A stretch of 42,290 nt of DNA, taken from the IMG/VR virus record IMGVR_UViG_3300027969_000179, positions 1 to 42,290 of that record; one strand, given 5' to 3'. The translations under genes and the position numbers were made by a program. This document shows, piece by piece, positions 1-10,948 of the stretch. This stretch comes from a virus (taxonomy: Duplodnaviria; Caudoviricetes). The notes under the pieces are model-generated. The model saw nothing but the letters and a program-made list of their open reading frames with translations, made no database searches and was not told the DNA's origin. Numbering within the stretch: position 1 is the stretch's first letter; every line of letters starts with the position of its first letter.

Positions 1-322
1 GTGGAATAGAAGCCACATATGCGTCTATTTCTTCCTGTGACTTATCAGTAATCGTATACTTTAAATGCCATACGCCATCAATTAAAGATGGCAATTCATT
101 TTTAGTTACGTTTTTATAATTCGTATCTTCACCAGGACGATCCTCTTCAATCACTTCAACTAAAGAATAATTGTTATTAACTGCATCTTCTGTAGTTGAA
201 TATAATTCAATTAAATTTGGTCCTGCACCGAATGAAGTATAAGGATTTTCTTGTTTAAGATTTTCCGAATTATATGGAAAAACTATAATTTCATTTTTTG
301 AGTTTATTTTTGCGTAAAGCAT
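1..322 (-). CDS. Tail fibre assembly/chaperone-like protein (3' end runs off the window; not in ORF track)
   Basis: Manual translation from ATG at 322: MLYAKINSKNEIIVFPYNSENLKQENPYTSF...ELPSLIDGVWHLKYTITDKSQEEIDAY, open to base 1. It resembles the small proteins that follow Gly-rich fibre genes in phages. Confidence 0.6.
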   Translation of the reverse strand, partial: MLYAKINSKNEIIVFPYNSENLKQENPYTSFGAGPNLIELYSTTEDAVNNNYSLVEVIEEDRPGEDTNYKNVTKNELPSLIDGVWHLKYTITDKSQEEIDAYVASIP

Positions 323-339
323 TTTTTTAAATTCCCTAA

Positions 340-1296
340 TTAACGTGAATCAATTGTAACGCTAGATGATTGAGTTGCACTTGTCGTTGGGAATGCTCTT
401 CCTACGCCCCAAATAATTCTACATGCACCTCGGGCACCAGAGAAACTAACGTTGCCGTCATTCGGGTTCTTACCATCAGTACACCCACCGCCACCGCCAC
501 CGCAAATACCGCCGTTGCCACGGGTGCCGCCTGCGTCACTACCGCTGCCATTGTTGGAGTCTCCACCTTGATTTCCCGCTCCACCTGTAATAACATTGGT
601 GCCGCCACCGCCGCCGGCATTGACAGAATCTGAGCCGGTGGCTTCATCTCCGTATCCACCTCTAGCACCATCTCCTGATGCACCGCCATTGCCTGAACGA
701 CCAGAATCACTTATATAATTTTGTGAGTCAGAACCATTCTGTGTACCAGCACGACCATTCGAGCCATTACCTCCCCAACCTGCGGCACCACCACCTCCAC
801 CACCATCGTCTCCATTGTCTCCAGCGGCACCCCAACCCCCACCACGGCTAGCGCCTGAGCCTGTTGGTGCACCTATTGATCCACTACCAGCATTACCTCC
901 CCGATTATTTTGTCCACCCTCACCACCATTACCTCTAACATAATCAGTTGAAGAAAGTCGAATATAACTATCACCGCCAGAATTGCCGCTGCCGCTACTC
1001 ACGCCATTGCCACCACCACCAACAACAACTGTAAAATTTTGACCAGGTGTTACTGTTACACCATTAACATAAGCTAAGCCACCGCCTCCGCCACCGTGAT
1101 TATACGAACTGCCTTTACCTCCAGCGCCACCGCCACCGATTGCAACCATAGATACTGAAGTCACTCCTACGGGAACTGTCCATGTATATGATCCAGCAGT
1201 TTGGAAAATTGCTTCTCCAGGTTGGGCGACAGCTCCGCCACCACTTCCTGTAAATCCAGATTTTGATCCTGCGCCTCTTGTTGATAATAATGGCAT
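340..1296 (-). CDS. Glycine-rich tail fibre tip/adhesin-like protein
   Basis: Motifs YTWTVPVGVTSVSMVAIGGGGAGG, VTPGQNFTVVVGGGG and C-terminal GACRIIW are typical of Gly-rich (polyglycine II) phage fibre domains; lies directly downstream of a fibre gene. Confidence 0.7.
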   Translation of the reverse strand: MPLLSTRGAGSKSGFTGSGGGAVAQPGEAIFQTAGSYTWTVPVGVTSVSMVAIGGGGAGGKGSSYNHGGGGGGLAYVNGVTVTPGQNFTVVVGGGGNGVSSGSGNSGGDSYIRLSSTDYVRGNGGEGGQNNRGGNAGSGSIGAPTGSGASRGGGWGAAGDNGDDGGGGGGAAGWGGNGSNGRAGTQNGSDSQNYISDSGRSGNGGASGDGARGGYGDEATGSDSVNAGGGGGTNVITGGAGNQGGDSNNGSGSDAGGTRGNGGICGGGGGGCTDGKNPNDGNVSFSGARGACRIIWGVGRAFPTTSATQSSSVTIDSR

Positions 1297-1318
1297 ATTG
1301 TATAACTCCTATTAATAA

Positions 1319-3169
1319 TTAAGCAAATTTAGTTTGAGCCGCTAATGCAGTAAATGTTGCACTACCTGTTTTAATAACAGTTATTGTATAAACATCTATA
1401 GAACTAGCATTGCCCGAACTTGGAGCAGTTCCACCAGACCATTTAGGAGTAACTGCGTTTCCGTCAATTGTGAAGCTAGTTTGATAATAAGCAGTTCCGC
1501 CGTTAGTAACCAAGAATGCAAATGTAACAGATTCTCCAGTAGCCATAGTAGAATCCATAGTTTGACCAGAATCTCCACGAACGTTTAGCGTCCAGTTACC
1601 AGACGAATTTGATGTATAATAAAGAACTGCTTGAGTTAGTGCGTCATAGTTAACGGTGCCAGTAGCCGCTGTTGCAGAAACTGTAACTTTCTCAAACACT
1701 TCTTCAATTTTAATTCCGGCTGTAAGTGTAGTCTTACCACCAACGACCAATGTATTTGCAATACCTACACCACCATCAACAATCAACGCACCAGTAGTAG
1801 TCGATGTGGATGTAGTTGTACTATTTGTTCTAATCGCACCACCAGCAAATACTGCACCTGCGATACCTGCGCCACCACCAACTGTCAACGCACCAGTCGT
1901 AGAACTAGTAGATGCTGTAGTGTTTGCAACGTTAGCTGAACCAATAACTAATGGGGCATACAAGTTACCTGTTCCAGAGAAGTTAACTGTGTTAGCTGGA
2001 ACTGCTGAGTTGTTAGCAAACAACTTGAAGATACCATCAGTAGCATCACGAACGATACCACCGTACTTAGTTGTTGCACCATATTTGTATTCACCAATAA
2101 CACCAAAGTCGAGAATATCAGCATTGTTGTTAGCGGCTAAGAACAAGAGTGAGTTAGCAACAGAAAGTGAAGATGTTGAAACTGTGTTACCAGAACCTTG
2201 CAAGCTAATCGCACCAGTAATTGTTACGTTACCACCAACGTTCAAGTTACCAGCAAGACCAATACCACCGCTAACAACTAACGCACCTGTTGTTGTGCTA
2301 GAAGAGTTTGTTGGAATGTTGATAGCAACTTTAACATCTGGTGTAATTACTACTTGACTATTACCAGTTGAGAAACCACCAGCACCTAAAATAATTTTGT
2401 TAGATGTGCCGTTAGCACCTGTTCCAATAATTAAGTCACCAGTACCTGTACTGCCTTCTGGTGCTTCAAAAAGAATATATGCGTCATCTTTCTTTGTCAA
2501 TGCAAAAGCTGGATCATTATAGTTAGAACTATTGATACCCATTGAGATCCAACCAGAGTCTGTGTTACCTGTGTTGTTCATCGCAATGAATTCTGAGTAT
2601 GCTAATGTACCAGTGCTTTGGTTAACAACCGCTACGTCAATCGCATCGTTAGAAGATGCGGCACCAATGAATGTGTGTTTTTCTTCATTAGAACCAACTT
2701 CTGTCAAGAATCCTGCAACTTGAGAACCAGATTGAACAGCACTTGACGCTTTAACTGTTGCTACAGAAACGTTTGCAGTCGCACCAGAAATTGTTCCGTT
2801 TGATGCAGTAATAGTTAACTTGTCAGTATTGACTGTGACATTTCCAACTAATGAGGATGTGCCAGAGACTGCAAGATTACCAGATGTAAGTGTGTTTGTC
2901 GATGTGTTATACGTTAAACCATCATCGTCTTGTATTCTGCCACCTGCGCCTGCAAGAGCAACTCTGCCTGAAGTTAATGTACTTACATTAACGTTTGCCG
3001 CTGATACATTAGCAGTTGCAGTTAAAGAGTTTGCTGATATGGTACTTGCATATACAGGAACTCTTGTTGTGTCTACATCGGTCAACGCATTTGTAGTATT
3101 TGCTACGTCATTGAATGACTGTCTAAACTCGTTGAACGTGTTAGACAACGCTACTTGTGAAATTGTCAT
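1319..3169 (-). CDS. Tail fibre protein
   Basis: N-terminal NTFNEFRQSFN anchor motif as in T4-like fibres; Ser/Thr/Gly-rich; three STTTGALxVxGGxGIA repeats; C-terminal VTPKWSGGTAPS...IDVYT fibre domain. Confidence 0.75.
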   Translation of the reverse strand: MTISQVALSNTFNEFRQSFNDVANTTNALTDVDTTRVPVYASTISANSLTATANVSAANVNVSTLTSGRVALAGAGGRIQDDDGLTYNTSTNTLTSGNLAVSGTSSLVGNVTVNTDKLTITASNGTISGATANVSVATVKASSAVQSGSQVAGFLTEVGSNEEKHTFIGAASSNDAIDVAVVNQSTGTLAYSEFIAMNNTGNTDSGWISMGINSSNYNDPAFALTKKDDAYILFEAPEGSTGTGDLIIGTGANGTSNKIILGAGGFSTGNSQVVITPDVKVAINIPTNSSSTTTGALVVSGGIGLAGNLNVGGNVTITGAISLQGSGNTVSTSSLSVANSLLFLAANNNADILDFGVIGEYKYGATTKYGGIVRDATDGIFKLFANNSAVPANTVNFSGTGNLYAPLVIGSANVANTTASTSSTTGALTVGGGAGIAGAVFAGGAIRTNSTTTSTSTTTGALIVDGGVGIANTLVVGGKTTLTAGIKIEEVFEKVTVSATAATGTVNYDALTQAVLYYTSNSSGNWTLNVRGDSGQTMDSTMATGESVTFAFLVTNGGTAYYQTSFTIDGNAVTPKWSGGTAPSSGNASSIDVYTITVIKTGSATFTALAAQTKFA

Positions 3170-3171
3170 AG

Positions 3172-3420
3172 TTATTCTCTCTCTTTAGTAATTTTTAATA
3201 ATAGATGTTTGATTTCGCTGAGTTCGGACTTGATGTTGTCTACTTCTCCACGAATCAATGCGATTTCGTTCGTACTCTTATTTATATCAGAAATTTTTCT
3301 TTTCTGAATTTTATATTTTAAGAGAGAATCAATATCCGTATTTAGAATTGCTTTAGAACTTCTGTCTCTCTCTGTGAACCCACGGACAGGTTCGGCAATT
3401 TTAATCTTTTCTACTATCAT
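3172..3420 (-). CDS. Small coiled-coil hypothetical protein
   Basis: 82 aa; RDxxSKAILNTD motif followed by a heptad-rich C-terminus, as commonly seen downstream of the large VrlC-like gene in T4-like phages; 4-bp overlap with the upstream gene. Confidence 0.65.
   Translation of the reverse strand: MIVEKIKIAEPVRGFTERDRSSKAILNTDIDSLLKYKIQKRKISDINKSTNEIALIRGEVDNIKSELSEIKHLLLKITKERE
3279..3286 (-). promoter_or_regulatory. T4-type late promoter TATAAATA upstream of the tail fibre gene
   Basis: + strand tatttata at 3279-3286 reads TATAAATA on minus, about 110 nt before the ATG at 3169. Confidence 0.5.
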
Positions 3421-6400
3421 GCTAGTGCAATTCCTCTTAAATCTTTAACTTTCGGAGCATAACTTGGATTGCTAGACAAGAAAACAATCTTAATTGCAAA
3501 GTACTTGTATCCTTGGAATGTTCTTCCATCAGGTGTCGTATATGCAACTGCATTATTTAGCACACGGAAAATGTCTTGTCCAGAAGCAACTGTAGAGAAT
3601 GCAGATTCAACTGTCAACGATACGTTATTTGCGATAGTAGCAACCACACGTTCTGTTCTAGCAGTACCAACAGCAATTGTGTCGCCAATCTTCAAGTCTT
3701 CAATGAAGCGAGTAGATGTGCCAGTGATTGTTGTTGATGTGTTAGAGATTGCAACTGTACCAGCAAGCAATTCAGAACCACCAGTTTTTGCTACGGATGG
3801 AACAACATACTTTTCTTCTTTGTACTCACCTTGATTTAGTGTGAACGTTTCTGTTCCAACCAAATCCATAGGAGTATAAAATTTATCATCAAAAGCATCT
3901 GTGTCATTTTCGTTCAATAACTTACAGTAAACTTTAACTGAAGTTCCTGGTGGACGATTGATTTTAAAATACGTAACCAAATCAGATGCTTCAAATCCGT
4001 CATTCAATGTCACAACTTTAGTGATGTATCTAGACTCTGAAGAATATGGTCCAACTGGATTCTCTTCATTACGAATAGTCATTGTCTGACTGGCTGCATT
4101 TGATGTTGTAAAGTTAGTTGTAACAGTCAAGTATGTATTATTTGCTACTGAAGCAATTCTACGATACTCATCACCAAAGTAAGCGTATTCACCAGAAAAT
4201 ACTTGTGTGCTGAAAGTTGTGCCAGAACCAACAACAATATTATTACCAGAACCGTATGTGACTGTTCCAGTTATACTTGTCTCAAAAGAATTGTTGATAA
4301 CATTCTTGTCAAAGTGGAAGATAATATTTTCATCATCGATATATGGAGAAATATACTTATTCGTTGTAGACAATGTTGCTCTAACTTGCAGAGACTTAAA
4401 TCCGCTTGCTGTCTCTGCTGAAGTTGTCGAGATTTGTTTTCTAGAACGTAATATCAATCTCTCATAGTTCTTGATTGTTGTATAATCAGAATCAACTGCA
4501 TATGTACTATCGGCAGTCTTAATGTCATAAGTGATATCTGTTCCAGGAAGAATCTGGTCGCTAATAGCCGGAGTCAATGCATCGTATGAGAATGCAGTAG
4601 ATACTGGAATATTAGTCCAATAAGCAAGTTTAGCAGAAGTACTGAATTCGGCAATTCTCATTGTGAATTTCATATCAGTATTTTGTTTTGCAGTCCACGT
4701 TCTGTCTGTAGAAGAGGTGAATAACAATCCGCTATTGTATGCTTGTTCGATTCGTGTTTGCTTGTCTGGATTAGTAATGTCGATTGCACCTAATTCAGCA
4801 ACCCAAATTGCAAAGTCTGGATCATTGTTCTCAGGTTTAACTGCAAAACAATAATCATTACCAGCATTCAAGTAAATAGGATTCTTGAATGTGAATTTTG
4901 TTGCAGATGATGCATCATCACTAATATTAATATTTCTGTTATTGACAAGCGCATTATCACCATCACTAATGAATTGTGGTGATGGATATCCATTTTCGAG
5001 TTCACGAATTTCGACACTAACGTTTCTATTATTGTCTTGAGATTTTGCTTTGAAGAACAAATCAATAGAAGTCAAATAGAATCCTTTTGGATACGTATCT
5101 GGATCGACATAAAAACTCTGAGACAATGGGTCAGTACTTCTTACTGGTGGCGGTGGAATTGGTACACTTGCAGTTTCAACACGTTGAGAAGAAACAACTT
5201 TTCTGCCCAAGTTTGTGATGTTGTCTGTATTGTTGAATGTTACATTGAATGGACGTGAGTTAATTGTAACTGTACCAGTCTTCTGTATAATACCTTGTGC
5301 ATAGATGTTGTTTCTTGCGCTAGTTAATGTTGTGCCTTCTGAATTTGTTGGACTATCGGTGATTTTAAATTCACGTTGGCCTGTGTAAAATTTTGTTGAA
5401 GGAACTTCAAACAACAAATATATTTGATTGTTCTTAACGATTAGTGGTTGTGATGTATTTGCGCCATCAGCAATGACACGCCATGAAACGTTTACATCTC
5501 CTAATTCAATAATACCGGTTGTGGTGTTAGCGGCAAACTTAGAATTTAATGTTTGTAGTGTGGTAGATGTACCAATCAATTCAATTTGATAGCAGTTTGC
5601 AGTAACGTTAATACCATCAAAAAATGCATAAACTCTAGAGTTATTTTTTAAGCCTCTAGCTTGAATAACAAATTCACGTTGACGCATCCAAAGTGCGGCT
5701 TCAACTTGAACTACCCTGTCAAATTTAACATCTTGTGTAGAAGATGTTGATTGATTACCAGATGCTAATTGATTATATGCGACTTGAGTTGTTTGCTGTA
5801 ATGCTGTGGTAACCATGTTGGTTCCCACTTGAGTTGTTTGGTTTGTACCAGCAACAATACCTGTTTGTTGGGTGCCACCAAGCCATTTTTGATTTAATGG
5901 AGCAACTTCTGTATTCCATGCGTTTTGTAGAGCCTTCCAGTTGTCTGCACCATTGTCATCATTATAGACAACTGCTTTAGATATTAAATTTTCAGTTTCA
6001 AAGAAGTTGTCCGTAAATGGCATGACAGATAATTCACCAGTCCAAACAAAGTTTAATTCTTCTGCAAGTCTTAGTTGCTTAGACGCATATGCTTGTTTTA
6101 ATCCTGGTGCTTCAATTTCAGTATATGGTAACATAACTTTGTTACCAGAATTTATTGTTGTTGTTGATGTAGTAGTAGAATGGCGAAGTCCAACTGTTTT
6201 TGCATTATCTTGCAAGCAAGTTAATAATTTATTTTTCTTGTCGATAGAACATTGTCCAAGCGCCTCGGCTACAGAAGAAACAGCCCAACCAGTAAATGGG
6301 TCAACAAGAATACCATTCTTGAATCTATCCAAACCATCAGCATCCAACTCTGTTGTATCTGTTGCTTGTTTCTCTAAGAAACTTAATGCAGTAAAGTACT

Positions 6401-9400
6401 CAAGTCTTTCGAGTCTTTCGTTCATCTTAGCAACATCACGCATCGTGAAGCGTTTGTTTTTCAGCAATCTGATTTTAACTTCAGATGGCAATGATGGATA
6501 TGCTGGAATAGTTAATTCTGCAATTTCTAATGTATCAGGTTTAGTTGGTGGTGTCTCTGCTCTCTGATTACCAGCTTGTGCAGGAACTCCATCGTTAATA
6601 CCAAACACACCACGATTGTTGATGTATACTTTAGCTACTCTACCTTTGTAGTAAATTAAGTCTGCATCAAAATCAGAACCAGATTCTGGAACACGAAGTC
6701 CAAATGTTGGAACTTGATATGTACCAACGTCAATTGGATTCAAAGATGTGTTTGCAGTTTTAATTGGTCTAAAGTCAATTGAGTCACGTAACTTATAAAA
6801 TGTCTTAGTTGATGGACTTGTAAAGTTAGGAATATCGGCAGTTGTGATAGTTGTGTTTGATGTTGCAGTATCATCAATTGGATATGAATCAATAGACGCA
6901 TAACCAACACCTTGAGATGTATCGTGTGTAAAGTTATCAAAGACTGCTAACAATCTACCAGTAGGAACATAACCAGCAATTGGTTTAATTGTTCCATGCT
7001 CATATGAATAGTCACGTTGTCCATTGTCTAATACGTAATTTGCAGTAACATTTGTGTTTGCAGTAGAAGCGGCTACACCAAATGATGATGATTGATAAAC
7101 AGCGTGTAGCTGATAGATATCGCCATAACCTAAACCAAATGGTCCAGACAATCCGCTGATATGTGTATTTGGATTGATGTTTGCTTGTGTTTGAAAGTTT
7201 AATGTTTTAACTTTCTCTCTAGCACTTGCTCTGTCCATAGACACAAGAACTTCTGCGGTAAATGTTGCATTTTCTTGAATGTCAATAGATGCAGTACCTG
7301 GAGAAGTAACGTTAACACTTCTTACGCTTCCTTTTCCGCCATTAGCAGAAAGAGATAAAATCGTTCCAGAAGGAATAATTTTAGTGAATGTGTTAGCACC
7401 AGCACCAGTTGTATGTGTAGAAGAAAGAATTAACGATGTTGCATTCGTAATAGAAGCAACTTGTCTAGTCAAACTATTAACTTTAATTAAATCACCAACA
7501 TTCAATTGTGTGGTAAATGATGTGCCACTTCCAGTAACAGTATTAGATGCCGCACCAACTGTAACAGTACCAGTCAACGCAGAAGTCTCTACGTTTGCGC
7601 CAGCATTGTTAACGACAACCATGTAGTAGTCATTTTTCTGAGTAGCATTTAATGCATCTGTACCAACGAATGTTTCTGTAACAACGTCAGTTGCAACAGT
7701 AGCAACACCAGAAGAGAATGATACAGTAAATTTCTTTTTGAATCTAAAAGCAGTTTCAACGTTTTCTGATGAGTCACGTATAGTTTTGATTGCATCGTAT
7801 GGCAATGGAAAAATCATCGTGTTGAATGATGTTTCTTGTAAAACAGCACCAGCGGCAGTTGTTACAATATCAGCAAAACGTTTTGGTGTTGCAGAATCAT
7901 AAACAGCACGAACGTCAGCAAAATTCTTACCAGAACTCATCGTGATTTCATACAAGTACAAATAGTATCTTGCATCGGCAGTACCTTTAGTACCACTTAC
8001 ATATTCAATCGAACGCACTCTTGCAGTACCAATTTTAGTACCACTTACTGTTGCGGTTGAGTGTGCTAAGTTTGTAATAACTTGTTGTGGTGTATCATAC
8101 AAATCAACTTCTGTTGATTCCATAATGTCCCAACCACCAACAACTTCTTTAACTTCAATATACTGCCCGTAATTGATTTGAGTCTTTGTTTGTTGTACGT
8201 ATGATGTACTAAGACCTTTTTGAAACTCAATTGGAGTTTTTGCAATGATTTGATTTCTATAACCAGACACATAAGATGTGAATGGATCAACTTCAACTAA
8301 GAGTAAATCTGAGTTACCGCCTTCAGTAGAAGTATACCTACCACCATTATCACCATTTTGTAAATGCTCACGAACAATGACGATTGGATCAGACAATGTG
8401 TAATTGCCAGATTCTTCAATTGTACGCTTGGCTAGAATATCTTCCATTTTATTGTCAATAGTAATTGATTTTCTTTTTCTAGCAACACCAGTATCAATTT
8501 CTGTGATTGTGATGAATTCATTTTCATCGGTAGTAGCATCTAATGCAACTTTAGTTAAAGTCGTATCAATTTTTAATCTATCAGCACCAGGCGCTTGTGC
8601 ATTAGGCGTTCCCTGTGCATTGTCAACAAGAGATTGGTCTTCAATGTAATCAACGAAAGACCTTGATGGAACTAAACCAATCTTATAAGATGGTTCGTTT
8701 GAATACTTGTCAAGCAAAATAGTTTGTGTAGAGTGCTTAACAAAATGGTCTGCAACATAAACAACGCCTTCAGAAACAGTAATCTTAGACCCGTAGTTAT
8801 AGATTTGTTCTGTTGCAAGTCCTTCATTAACAACATTGCGTATTGCATTTGTTGTTGCTGCCGATGCATATGCTCTGCCAGTTAAAGCAGAAGTAAAGAT
8901 TGTTTCGGAGTTTGCAAACGTAGTATTGGCACGAAAATCAGTAACAGCAGTAATATTAAGTACTTGATTTGCACCAGTAGATAATATTGTATTTCCTGAT
9001 GTTGTAGTTAATATGCCGCTTGTGTTTGAAACAAAAATTTTACTTACACTAGTAATTGGGTCTGTGTACCAAGACTCAATTGTACCAGTATTACCTGTCG
9101 AGAAAGTAATTGTATTTCCCGTTTGAAGTGTAGATGGCGCAACGTTTACAGTAAGAACTTGCGTACCGTTTGTTGCATAGCTAATGAACAATGTTTTAGG
9201 ATCGTCCCCATCAATATCTGTAACTAGTCCACAATATGCTTTGATGCCGCTGTTTGCGCCATAGATTACGCTACCAACAAAATTAGCAACTGCAACCGTG
9301 CTACCATTGTAGGTAGGTTGAAGTTTAACGAAACTTAAATTTAAGTCTAGATTTTGTTCGCAACCATCGACTAATGCGCCTTGCTTGAAAAAATATTCAG

Positions 9401-9569
9401 CAAAGCGTCTAGTCTGCACTTGTTGAAGAGTTTGCGCTTGTGTAAGTTCTCTAGCCTGAACAGCACGTCCAGGACGATAGAGAACTCTTACAAACTTTTT
9501 ATCTTCATCATAATCATCAAAGTATGGACTGGTGTTTAAGTCTACACCACCAGGATTTGTATTTGCCAT
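3417..9569 (-). CDS. Large virion structural protein, DUF4815/VrlC-like (baseplate-associated)
   Basis: 2050 aa; N-terminal DLNTSPYFDDY...RVLYRPGRAVQARELTQAQ, central RFTMRDVAKMNERLERLEY...DRFKNGILVDPF, DPLSQSF, C-terminal PKVKDLRGIALA; positioned after gp8. Confidence 0.8.
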   Translation of the reverse strand: MANTNPGGVDLNTSPYFDDYDEDKKFVRVLYRPGRAVQARELTQAQTLQQVQTRRFAEYFFKQGALVDGCEQNLDLNLSFVKLQPTYNGSTVAVANFVGSVIYGANSGIKAYCGLVTDIDGDDPKTLFISYATNGTQVLTVNVAPSTLQTGNTITFSTGNTGTIESWYTDPITSVSKIFVSNTSGILTTTSGNTILSTGANQVLNITAVTDFRANTTFANSETIFTSALTGRAYASAATTNAIRNVVNEGLATEQIYNYGSKITVSEGVVYVADHFVKHSTQTILLDKYSNEPSYKIGLVPSRSFVDYIEDQSLVDNAQGTPNAQAPGADRLKIDTTLTKVALDATTDENEFITITEIDTGVARKRKSITIDNKMEDILAKRTIEESGNYTLSDPIVIVREHLQNGDNGGRYTSTEGGNSDLLLVEVDPFTSYVSGYRNQIIAKTPIEFQKGLSTSYVQQTKTQINYGQYIEVKEVVGGWDIMESTEVDLYDTPQQVITNLAHSTATVSGTKIGTARVRSIEYVSGTKGTADARYYLYLYEITMSSGKNFADVRAVYDSATPKRFADIVTTAAGAVLQETSFNTMIFPLPYDAIKTIRDSSENVETAFRFKKKFTVSFSSGVATVATDVVTETFVGTDALNATQKNDYYMVVVNNAGANVETSALTGTVTVGAASNTVTGSGTSFTTQLNVGDLIKVNSLTRQVASITNATSLILSSTHTTGAGANTFTKIIPSGTILSLSANGGKGSVRSVNVTSPGTASIDIQENATFTAEVLVSMDRASAREKVKTLNFQTQANINPNTHISGLSGPFGLGYGDIYQLHAVYQSSSFGVAASTANTNVTANYVLDNGQRDYSYEHGTIKPIAGYVPTGRLLAVFDNFTHDTSQGVGYASIDSYPIDDTATSNTTITTADIPNFTSPSTKTFYKLRDSIDFRPIKTANTSLNPIDVGTYQVPTFGLRVPESGSDFDADLIYYKGRVAKVYINNRGVFGINDGVPAQAGNQRAETPPTKPDTLEIAELTIPAYPSLPSEVKIRLLKNKRFTMRDVAKMNERLERLEYFTALSFLEKQATDTTELDADGLDRFKNGILVDPFTGWAVSSVAEALGQCSIDKKNKLLTCLQDNAKTVGLRHSTTTSTTTINSGNKVMLPYTEIEAPGLKQAYASKQLRLAEELNFVWTGELSVMPFTDNFFETENLISKAVVYNDDNGADNWKALQNAWNTEVAPLNQKWLGGTQQTGIVAGTNQTTQVGTNMVTTALQQTTQVAYNQLASGNQSTSSTQDVKFDRVVQVEAALWMRQREFVIQARGLKNNSRVYAFFDGINVTANCYQIELIGTSTTLQTLNSKFAANTTTGIIELGDVNVSWRVIADGANTSQPLIVKNNQIYLLFEVPSTKFYTGQREFKITDSPTNSEGTTLTSARNNIYAQGIIQKTGTVTINSRPFNVTFNNTDNITNLGRKVVSSQRVETASVPIPPPPVRSTDPLSQSFYVDPDTYPKGFYLTSIDLFFKAKSQDNNRNVSVEIRELENGYPSPQFISDGDNALVNNRNINISDDASSATKFTFKNPIYLNAGNDYCFAVKPENNDPDFAIWVAELGAIDITNPDKQTRIEQAYNSGLLFTSSTDRTWTAKQNTDMKFTMRIAEFSTSAKLAYWTNIPVSTAFSYDALTPAISDQILPGTDITYDIKTADSTYAVDSDYTTIKNYERLILRSRKQISTTSAETASGFKSLQVRATLSTTNKYISPYIDDENIIFHFDKNVINNSFETSITGTVTYGSGNNIVVGSGTTFSTQVFSGEYAYFGDEYRRIASVANNTYLTVTTNFTTSNAASQTMTIRNEENPVGPYSSESRYITKVVTLNDGFEASDLVTYFKINRPPGTSVKVYCKLLNENDTDAFDDKFYTPMDLVGTETFTLNQGEYKEEKYVVPSVAKTGGSELLAGTVAISNTSTTITGTSTRFIEDLKIGDTIAVGTARTERVVATIANNVSLTVESAFSTVASGQDIFRVLNNAVAYTTPDGRTFQGYKYFAIKIVFLSSNPSYAPKVKDLRGIALA

Positions 9570-9598
9570 TTATTTTTCAAGCCTACGTTTTTTTTAAA

Positions 9599-10879
9599 TT
9601 AGAATTGAATGATTAGTTTAACGTCTTCAATTTGGTCAGCCGCTCTAGAGATTGGCACACGATTTTCAACATAGATAATGTCGCCTGTGTATGGCTGTAA
9701 GCCTGGAGTTGTGATAACTGCAACTGTTCCAGAAGCACCGGATGTTCCACCAGAAACGCTTGCTGTGTTAGCAAATGGTTTGTGTACTGGCAATGTAGTG
9801 TACAGGTTTGGAGTTGTCCACTCAATGACAGATGCTGTGTTAGAACCGCTAGTAACTGTCTCGTCTAATGAGAATGTTCCAGATGCGCTAGACAATTGAT
9901 ACTTGAACGACTGTCTGTAAGAAGAAGCAACCGCTCTAGTAGTTGTGCCATACAAATATGGGTCACGAACGATACCAACTTGACGGAATTCATTAGCTGT
10001 AGAGAATGTATTAGATTCAGTACCATCTAAACGAACGTTAATCATAATGTACTTACCACCGAGTTCTTCAACTGCATTAGCACCATGTCCACCTTTTGGT
10101 GAGATGATTGCTGTTGCGGCAGCGGCACCAGAAGCGAACGTAATAGATGCTCTTGTGTAACCCGTACCAGCCGCTGTAATTGTAACTGCTGTAACTGCAC
10201 CAGCAGTAATTGTAGAGTTAGCTGTAGCGCCAGTTCCGTCACCAGTAATAGTAACTGCTGGAGCAGAACCATATGCAGAACCACCTGCTGTGACTTTAAC
10301 AACGTGAACACCACCATCAACTGCGGCCGCTTGCACGTCCCACTGGTCTGTACCATCGTCAGAATCTAATTGCTGAACTGGAATGTAATCATTCGTCAAG
10401 AATTTCAACGCTTTAGCAGTTGTGACTGTATACATGTATTTCCAAATGTATCCGTCTGCTGTCGTAAATGGTGATGTGCTTACGCCTGTTGGCTTTGTAG
10501 TAGAAGCCGCACCACCTGCGTTCCACAAGCACTTGTAAACGTTATAGTCTTCTGTGATTACAAAGAAAGAATCGGATTCGATTAAGTTTGTATCGGTATC
10601 ATCATAGTATGTGTATACTGTGCCAGAAGTCCAATTGTATCTTGGAACTGCGTGTGTTACGTCCGCTGTAGTAATGCGTTTTGCGGCATACATGTCACGC
10701 CATGGAGTATATTCAACGTTAGCTGTTGAATTTACTGGTGTTGGTGGCGCATTATCGTCTGGAAATGCTGTGTTTTTACCGATGAACAAATACATAATGG
10801 TATTTGCTGTTTCAGAAAATGCTTCTGCGAATTGCTGTGCATTGTGTACTCTGAATTTTGTAGTTACAATTGATGCCAT
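9599..10879 (-). CDS. gp8: Baseplate wedge subunit gp8-like
   Basis: PRYNWTSGTVY, YNVYKCLWN, TADGYIWKYMY and C-terminal GDIIYVENRVPISRAADQIEDVKLIIQF; synteny gp6-gp7-gp8. Confidence 0.85.
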   Translation of the reverse strand: MASIVTTKFRVHNAQQFAEAFSETANTIMYLFIGKNTAFPDDNAPPTPVNSTANVEYTPWRDMYAAKRITTADVTHAVPRYNWTSGTVYTYYDDTDTNLIESDSFFVITEDYNVYKCLWNAGGAASTTKPTGVSTSPFTTADGYIWKYMYTVTTAKALKFLTNDYIPVQQLDSDDGTDQWDVQAAAVDGGVHVVKVTAGGSAYGSAPAVTITGDGTGATANSTITAGAVTAVTITAAGTGYTRASITFASGAAAATAIISPKGGHGANAVEELGGKYIMINVRLDGTESNTFSTANEFRQVGIVRDPYLYGTTTRAVASSYRQSFKYQLSSASGTFSLDETVTSGSNTASVIEWTTPNLYTTLPVHKPFANTASVSGGTSGASGTVAVITTPGLQPYTGDIIYVENRVPISRAADQIEDVKLIIQF

Positions 10880-10928
10880 GTGGTTTTCTCCTTTTGAATA
10901 CTGTACTTAAAGTTGTTTTTCATTTACT

Positions 10929-10936
10929 TATTTATA
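10929..10936 (-). promoter_or_regulatory. T4-type late promoter TATAAATA for gp8
   Basis: Intergenic tatttata at 10929-10936 (TATAAATA on minus), followed by an AAGGAG Shine-Dalgarno before the ATG at 10879. Confidence 0.75.
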
Positions 10937-10948
10937 CAAAGTTTTTAT

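Noticed and set aside
340-1296. GC-rich CCACCG/CCGCCA repeats resembling a tandem repeat, CRISPR array or foreign island
   Set aside because: Explained by runs of Gly codons; no constant repeat-spacer periodicity.
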